From: Candidatus Parcubacteria bacterium
GTDB lineage: Bacteria; Patescibacteriota; Minisyncoccia; Minisyncoccales; JAGMDC01
Direction of reading: 5' to 3'
Assembly (NCBI GenBank): GCA_023131895.1
Contig: JAGLYZ010000001.1
Location: forward strand, 8,957 to 72,956
DNA length: 64,000 nucleotides
Shown in pieces: positions 58,529 through 64,000 of this stretch. The notes below the pieces were generated by a model. It was given only the letters and a program-made list of their open reading frames with translations, searched no databases and had not been told where the DNA came from. The position numbers and the translations under genes are program-made. The first letter of the stretch is position 1, and every line of letters starts with the position of its first letter.

Positions 58529-60712
58529 ATGAAACAAGTTGTTCAAAATTACAAAACAAGAGAATTAGAAGTGCAGGAAGTTCCAGCCCCAATTATTAGA
58601 CCGGGAGGAGTTTTAGTAAGAAATATTAATTCTTTAATTAGTATTGGTACGGAAAAGTTAATGATTAATTTGGCGAAAAAGAATCTTTTCGCTAAAGTTA
58701 AATCCCGTCCTGATTTAGTTAAAAAAGTTATTAATAAAGTAAAACAAGAGGGTTTATTTGAGGCTTATCGACAAGCAATGGCTAGACTTGAAGAACCTTT
58801 ACCTTTGGGTTACAGTTCAGCAGGTAAGCTGATCGAAGTTGGGCAAGGGGCTGATGAATTTCAAGTAGGAGATAGGGTGGCTTGCGCTGGTCACAAGTTT
58901 GCCTCTCATGCTGAAATTATTTATGTTCCCAGAAACCTCTGTGTTAAAATTCCAGAAAATGTCAGTTTTGAAGAAGCTTGTTTTGTGGATTTGGGAGCCA
59001 TTGCTCTTCATGGAGTGAGAACAGGAGAACCAACCCTTGGCGAGAAAGCAGTAGTTATCGGATTAGGACTCTTAGGACAAATTGCTGTTCAAATTTTAAA
59101 AGCTTCGGGTCTTAGAGTTTTTGGAGTGGATATCAATGAGGATAAAACTAAGTTAGCCAAAGAATTAGGCGCTGATGAGGTAGCAGTAATTAATAAGGAT
59201 GATATTCAGAACAGGGTAAAAAGTTTTTCTCAAGGGGTTGGAGCAGATATTGTTTATATTTTTGCTAGTACCTATAGTAATCAACCGATTGAATTAGCTG
59301 GAGAAATTGCCAGGGAAAGAGGCAAAGTGGTGATTACAGGGGAAATAACAATTAATATTCCCAGGAAAGTTTATTACGAAAAAGAGTTGAAAGTAGTTGT
59401 TTCTCGTTCTTCCGGACCTGGTATTTATGACTCTTTGTACGAGAAAAAAGGCATAGATTATCCCATTGCCTATGTTCGTTGGACATTGAGACGTAATCTT
59501 GAAGAATTTTTAAAATTAATTGGAGAAAAAAAAGTAAGACTAGAACCACTTATAACACACAGGTTTAAAATTGACGATGCTTTAAAGGCCTATGAGATGA
59601 TTTTAGGGGAAACAAAAGAAAATTATATAGGAGTTTTATTAAAATATGAAGAGAACAAGAAAGAGATTCAGAAAATAAATTTGAATGAAACAAAAATTAT
59701 TAAGAAAAGCAAAAAAGAAGAGATAAATGTAGGGTTAATTGGGGCTGGTCTTCATTCTAAAGGGGTAATCCTTCCTACAATAAAACAAATTCCCAAAATT
59801 AATCTTTTAGGAATAGCTGATGCCGAAGGTGTGAATGCTCGTTTTATAGGTGAAAAATTTGATTTTAAATATTGTACAACAAATTATAAACAAATTCTTA
59901 ATGATACGGATATTGATGCAGTAGTAATTGCCACCCCTCATAATCTTCATGCTAAAATGTTGAAAGATGCCTTAGGAGCAGGGAAAGATATTTTTATTGA
60001 AAAACCTTTAGCTATGAATGAAGTGCAGCTTAAAGAAATAATCAAAATTTATAATCAAACTTCTGCCCGCGTAATGGTTGGTCTTAATAGACGTTTTTCT
60101 CCTTTTAGTGTTTTAGTAAAAGAATTGTTTAGTTGGTATAAAGGTCCTTTTGCTGTAAATTGCCGTGTTAATATCGGTTATATTCCTCCAGATCATTGGA
60201 CTCACGATCTATCTGTCGGAGGTGGAAGTATTATTGGAGAGGGTTGCCATTTTATAGATTTAATTCAATTTTTAACAGGATCTTTACCAATGGAAGTTTA
60301 TGCTAAAACTATTTCTGGTAAAATCAACGAACATATTTCTAATGATAATGTTTTAATAAATCTTAAGATGAGCTCAGGTTCAATAGCTTCAATAGTTTAC
60401 ACAGCGCTTGGAACCAGAGCTTATCCTCGCGAGAGAATTGAAATTTTTGGAGGAGGAGCAGTGGCGGTAATTGATAATTTTAAATCTATGCTTTATGTAC
60501 AGAACGGCAGAAAGAAAAAGAAAAGTACTTTTGACATAGATAAAGGTTACAAAGATGAATTTCGGCTGTTCTTTGAGGCAATTCAAAAAGGCGAAGAGAC
60601 ACCAGTTAAGTTCAAGGAATATCTTTTTACCACTCTTACTACTTTTAAAATAATAGAATCGATTCAAAAAAATACCCCTCAAATTATTGATATCAATGTA
60701 TTAAATTCATGA
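58529..60712 (+). CDS. Bi-domain oxidoreductase: zinc-type alcohol dehydrogenase (MDR) fused to Gfo/Idh/MocA oxidoreductase
   Basis: The N-terminal half is MDR-like (VVIGLGLLGQIAVQILKASG). The C-terminal half is Gfo/Idh/MocA-like (INVGLIGAGLHSKGVILP..., IEKPLA). I prefer the ATG at 58529 to 58481, which overlaps the upstream gene. Confidence 0.75.
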   Translation: MKQVVQNYKTRELEVQEVPAPIIRPGGVLVRNINSLISIGTEKLMINLAKKNLFAKVKSRPDLVKKVINKVKQEGLFEAYRQAMARLEEPLPLGYSSAGKLIEVGQGADEFQVGDRVACAGHKFASHAEIIYVPRNLCVKIPENVSFEEACFVDLGAIALHGVRTGEPTLGEKAVVIGLGLLGQIAVQILKASGLRVFGVDINEDKTKLAKELGADEVAVINKDDIQNRVKSFSQGVGADIVYIFASTYSNQPIELAGEIARERGKVVITGEITINIPRKVYYEKELKVVVSRSSGPGIYDSLYEKKGIDYPIAYVRWTLRRNLEEFLKLIGEKKVRLEPLITHRFKIDDALKAYEMILGETKENYIGVLLKYEENKKEIQKINLNETKIIKKSKKEEINVGLIGAGLHSKGVILPTIKQIPKINLLGIADAEGVNARFIGEKFDFKYCTTNYKQILNDTDIDAVVIATPHNLHAKMLKDALGAGKDIFIEKPLAMNEVQLKEIIKIYNQTSARVMVGLNRRFSPFSVLVKELFSWYKGPFAVNCRVNIGYIPPDHWTHDLSVGGGSIIGEGCHFIDLIQFLTGSLPMEVYAKTISGKINEHISNDNVLINLKMSSGSIASIVYTALGTRAYPRERIEIFGGGAVAVIDNFKSMLYVQNGRKKKKSTFDIDKGYKDEFRLFFEAIQKGEETPVKFKEYLFTTLTTFKIIESIQKNTPQIIDINVLNS

Positions 60713-61935
60713 AGATTCTTATTTTGGTTAATTCTTTCCCTCCTGAAATTAGATCTGCTTCTCATCTTTTTTATGAACTTGCTGAAAGTTTAGTTGAAAA
60801 TGGCCATAAAGTTACAGTAATTACTGGACTGCCAAAGTATAATATTCCTAACTTAGATAAAAAATATAAAAGAAAAATATTGTTCCGAGAGAAGATGAAA
60901 GGAATAGAGGTGGTAAGATTGGCTACTTTGCCTTTTCCTCGCGGTATTCCAGCCGCAAGAACTTTTGAACAGTTTCTTTTATCTTCCCTCTTTTTTATTA
61001 GAGGACTTTTTTTAGAAAAGATGGATATAATTTTGGTTTATTCTCCACCATTGCCCTTAGGACTTTCTGCTTCTTTAATTAAGTTTTTTAGAAAAACACC
61101 TTTTATTTTTAATGTTCAGGATATTTATCCTCAAACCGCTATTGATTTAGGATTGCTTAAGAGTGGCTTCTTAATAAAAATAGCCAGGGCGATGGAAAAA
61201 TTTATTTATAAAAAAGCTTCTTTTATTACAGTTCATTCCAAAGGAAATCTTGATTATTTAGTTTCTGATGGCCTAAATCCTAATAAAATATCAGTAGTGC
61301 CTAACTGGGTAGATACTGGTTTAATAAAACCAGAAAATAGGATAAACGATTTTCGCCAGAGGTATAATTTAGGAAATAGCTTTGTGGTTTCCTATGCCGG
61401 AGTTATGGGTTTTGCCCAGGACTTAGAAACAGTGGTTGAGAGCGCTAAACTTCTTGATAGCTACAAAGATATAATATTTCTTTTAGTTGGTGAGGGCGTG
61501 GCAAAAGAAAAACTTCAGAATAAAGCAAAAGAGCTTCAATTAAAAAATGTTAAGTTTTTACAAATGCAGCCGCGTAGAATTTATCCACAGGTTTTAGCTG
61601 CTTCTGATATTTGTCTGGCAACCCTAAAAAAAGAAGTGAAAACACCAGTTGTGCCTGGAAAAATTATGAGCATTATGGCTGCCGGAAGGCCTATTATCGC
61701 AAGCTTGCCCTTAGAAGGAGATGCTTCAAAGATAATTAAGCAAGCGCAGGCAGGAATAGTTGTGGAGCCTGAAAATCCAAAAGCTATGTCACAGGCAATT
61801 TTAGAGCTTTATAAAAACAAAGAAAAAAGAGAAGAATTCAGTAGGAATGCGAGAAAATATGCAGAAAAGAATTTTTCCCGGGAAATCTGCGTTGGCAAAT
61901 ATGAAAATTTATTCTTGAAAATAATTAAAAAATAA
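60709..61935 (+). CDS. Glycosyltransferase family 4, WbuB-like
   Basis: MKILILVNSFPPEIRSASHLFYELAESLVENGHKVTVIT is a characteristic WbuB-type N-terminus. ATGA overlap with the previous gene. Confidence 0.75.
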   Translation: MKILILVNSFPPEIRSASHLFYELAESLVENGHKVTVITGLPKYNIPNLDKKYKRKILFREKMKGIEVVRLATLPFPRGIPAARTFEQFLLSSLFFIRGLFLEKMDIILVYSPPLPLGLSASLIKFFRKTPFIFNVQDIYPQTAIDLGLLKSGFLIKIARAMEKFIYKKASFITVHSKGNLDYLVSDGLNPNKISVVPNWVDTGLIKPENRINDFRQRYNLGNSFVVSYAGVMGFAQDLETVVESAKLLDSYKDIIFLLVGEGVAKEKLQNKAKELQLKNVKFLQMQPRRIYPQVLAASDICLATLKKEVKTPVVPGKIMSIMAAGRPIIASLPLEGDASKIIKQAQAGIVVEPENPKAMSQAILELYKNKEKREEFSRNARKYAEKNFSREICVGKYENLFLKIIKK

Positions 61936-61951
61936 GATATTATTAAATATT

Positions 61952-63004
61952 ATGGAAGATTATATTCAATATTATAAAGACAAAACAATATTAGTCACTG
62001 GCGGAGCTGGAGCTATTGGTACTAATTTAGTTAAAGCACTTTCTAATGCTGGAGCAAAACTTATAATTATTTTAGATAATTTATCTTCATCTTATAAATG
62101 GAATATTCTTTCTTTGCAGAATGTTATGTTTATAAAGGGGAATGTAACTGATGATATAGATTTAAAACGAGTTTTTAACGAAAAACCGGAAATAGTGTTT
62201 CATTTAGCTGCTTTTTTTGCCAACCAAAACTCGGTTGACTATCCTGAAAGAGATTTACAAGTAAATGGATTTGGAACTTTAAAAATGCTTGAATATTCAA
62301 ACTTAACTGGAATTAAGAAATTTATATATGTTTCTTCTGGATGTTCTATTTACGGAAGTGCATCTCCCCTGCCTTTGAAGGAAGATTTTATGTCAATGAA
62401 TTTAAGTACTCCTTATCAAGTAACAAAAATGTTGGGAGAGCTATATTGTAATTTTTTCTATAATCATTATGATTTGCCAGTAGTAAAAACAAGGTTTTTT
62501 AATTCTTATGGTCCTGGGGAAGTGCCGGGACAGTATAGAAACGTAATCCCTAACTTTATTTATTGGGCAAAAAAAGGATTACCATTGCCAATTACCGGAA
62601 GCGGAGAAGAAACAAGAGATTTTACATATGTTGGAGATTTAGTTGACGGGCTTTTAAGAGCAGGCTTTTATGAAAAAGCAATAAATAAAGAATTTAACCT
62701 TGCTTCAGGCAAGGAAACGAAGATTATTGACTTAGCAAATATGATAAATGAAATAATAGGGAATAAGACAGGAGTAAGATTTGCCAGTAGGCGAAAGTGG
62801 GATACTAAAGATAGATTATTGGCTTCAGTGGACAAAGCCAAAGAATTAGTCGGTTACGAACCTAAGACAGAGTTTAAACAAGGCCTTATAAATACTATTG
62901 ATTGGTTTAAAGAAAATTGGGATAATATAGAAAAATCTGCTAAATTCGGACCTGGTATTTCTTCAGCAGTTCGAGAAATTTATACTAATAGTTTTCAAAA
63001 ATAA
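61952..63004 (+). CDS. NAD-dependent epimerase/dehydratase (UDP-sugar 4,6-dehydratase/decarboxylase-like SDR)
   Basis: ILVTGGAGAIGTNL and TPYQVTKM (YxxxK). Confidence 0.75.
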   Translation: MEDYIQYYKDKTILVTGGAGAIGTNLVKALSNAGAKLIIILDNLSSSYKWNILSLQNVMFIKGNVTDDIDLKRVFNEKPEIVFHLAAFFANQNSVDYPERDLQVNGFGTLKMLEYSNLTGIKKFIYVSSGCSIYGSASPLPLKEDFMSMNLSTPYQVTKMLGELYCNFFYNHYDLPVVKTRFFNSYGPGEVPGQYRNVIPNFIYWAKKGLPLPITGSGEETRDFTYVGDLVDGLLRAGFYEKAINKEFNLASGKETKIIDLANMINEIIGNKTGVRFASRRKWDTKDRLLASVDKAKELVGYEPKTEFKQGLINTIDWFKENWDNIEKSAKFGPGISSAVREIYTNSFQK

Positions 63005-63007
63005 TTT

Positions 63008-64000
63008 ATGTCAGACAAAAAGAGTCTTCTTAAATGTATTTTAATTATAGGAGATATTATTTTAATGTATGGAGCATTATTTTTGGCTTTAGCTATAAGG
63101 TATGGTGATTTTTCTTTTTTGCCCGGTCCGCGAACACAAGCTTTTATTTTTCATTTTTCAATTATTGCTATATTTTGGATTTTACTTCTCTTTGCTTTTG
63201 ATTTTTATGAGATACCTCCTTTAAGAAAGATATTTGATGTTTTACGTAATTTAGTAATTTTTATTTTTTTGGCCGGAATTTTCGGGGTCGTTTATTTTTA
63301 TTTAAAACCTCAATCAGTTATTACCCCTAAAACAATTTTGGTCTTAGATATTTTAATATTTTCTTCTTTTATTTTTATTTGGCGATATATTCTAAACCGT
63401 GTCATCAAAACAAGAGGTTTTAAAGAAAAAATAGTTATTATAGGGCTTAGCTCACAATTTAAAGAACTAATATCAAATTACATCAATCAAAGCAATTATG
63501 AAGTAGTTTCCTTTTTTGACCCTGCAGAAAATATTACTAAACTAAAAGAAATTATAGAGAAAAATAGGGTAGATACAATCGTTTTTGCTTTGGATATTCA
63601 TAAAGACAAAGAGTTATCTCAAAAAATATTTTCAACATTACCTCTGAAATTAAATTATATTAGTTTTATTACTTTTTATGAAACAATAACAAAGAAAGTG
63701 CCATTAGAAGATATTGATGAATTATGGTTCTTGCAAAATATTTCACAATCAAAGAGAAGAATTTACGAAATATCAAAAAGAACATTTGATATAGTTTTTT
63801 CTTTTATCGGGCTTTTAATCACAATAATTCTTTTCCCTTTTATTGCTTTGGCTATAAAAATAGATTCTCCTGGTTCTATTTTCTATATTCATAGAAGAAT
63901 AGGCAAAAATAGAAAGGTATTTAGGCATTATAAATTTAGAAGTATGAAAGAAACGCCAGACCAGTATAAAGAACCCTGGAGAGAAAGAGATCCAGGCCAA
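63008..64000 (+). CDS. Polyprenyl-phosphate glycosyl-1-phosphate transferase (WbaP/EPS sugar transferase family); 3' end cut by the window edge
   Basis: Not in the supplied ORF track because there is no stop in the window. My own translation from the ATG at 63008 gives 331 codons open to the window end: N-terminal TMs, a Rossmann-like linker, then KRTFDIVFSFIGLLITIILFPFIALAIKIDSPGSIFYIHRRIGKNRKVFRHYKFRSM, the Bac_transf signature. Confidence 0.8.
   Translation, partial: MSDKKSLLKCILIIGDIILMYGALFLALAIRYGDFSFLPGPRTQAFIFHFSIIAIFWILLLFAFDFYEIPPLRKIFDVLRNLVIFIFLAGIFGVVYFYLKPQSVITPKTILVLDILIFSSFIFIWRYILNRVIKTRGFKEKIVIIGLSSQFKELISNYINQSNYEVVSFFDPAENITKLKEIIEKNRVDTIVFALDIHKDKELSQKIFSTLPLKLNYISFITFYETITKKVPLEDIDELWFLQNISQSKRRIYEISKRTFDIVFSFIGLLITIILFPFIALAIKIDSPGSIFYIHRRIGKNRKVFRHYKFRSMKETPDQYKEPWRERDPGQ

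Noticed and set aside
1-64000. Alternative genetic code (UGA recoding as in some candidate phyla)
   Set aside because: Several well-supported genes terminate at TGA exactly where homologous families end and where the next gene starts (e.g. 5527-5529, 6897-6899, 9909-9911, 10647-10649). No conserved domain appears split by in-frame TGA. The standard code 11 fits.
63815-64000. Minus-strand 61-aa ORF at the window end
   Set aside because: The + strand frame from 63008 encodes an unmistakable sugar-transferase signature across this interval, so the minus ORF is a shadow.

Overview
AT-rich bacterial chromosomal window using the standard genetic code (TGA, TAA and TAG all end long ORFs). It holds about 53 protein genes, all but one on the + strand, tightly packed with many 1-4 nt start/stop overlaps. 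I found no rRNA, tRNA, CRISPR array, transposase or integrase. The gene content suggests a reduced, anaerobic, Patescibacteria/CPR-like organism, but that is inference only. Blocks: (i) 1-8.6 kb is a surface-protein locus with a WxL-like/DUF916-like pair, one dockerin-tailed secreted protein and four tandem membrane-anchored cohesin-like paralogues, whose junctions carry hairpin-forming short repeats. (ii) 8.7-16.6 kb holds a CDF transporter fused to a NifX-like domain, an SdpI-like membrane protein translationally coupled to a ~510-aa MJ0619/Tes-like radical SAM enzyme, and nrdD-nrdG-comEC. (iii) 16.6-21.7 kb holds GH1, a polytopic membrane protein, a clan GH-A-like hydrolase and a processive GT2 (QxxRW), separated by a three-copy long-hairpin intergenic repeat. 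(iv) 21.8-27.4 kb holds htrA, a G+C-rich structured ~0.6-kb segment of unclear nature, clpB and a degenerate protease-like gene. (v) 27.5-31.5 kb is an accessory-looking islet with an MTase-Mrr fusion, small ORFs with strong Shine-Dalgarno sites, a 16-aa hydrophobic mini-ORF and perfect DnaA-box 9-mers. (vi) 31.5-39.1 kb holds an ECF sigma/DUF5667 pair followed by S-layer-like, FN3/Ig and HExxH proteins that share coiled-coil and PG-binding modules. (vii) 39-64 kb is a Wzx/Wzy-type glycan biosynthesis locus that runs off the window. The best candidates for something new are the non-cellulosomal cohesin-dockerin paralogue array with its junction elements, the SdpI-like/Tes-like radical SAM pair, the G+C-rich structured segment at 23.2-23.9 kb, the intergenic long-hairpin repeat family, and the recurring TGnTAxxxT-N6-ATG (leaderless-looking) start architecture. 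All family assignments come from motif reading by eye; no searches were run.
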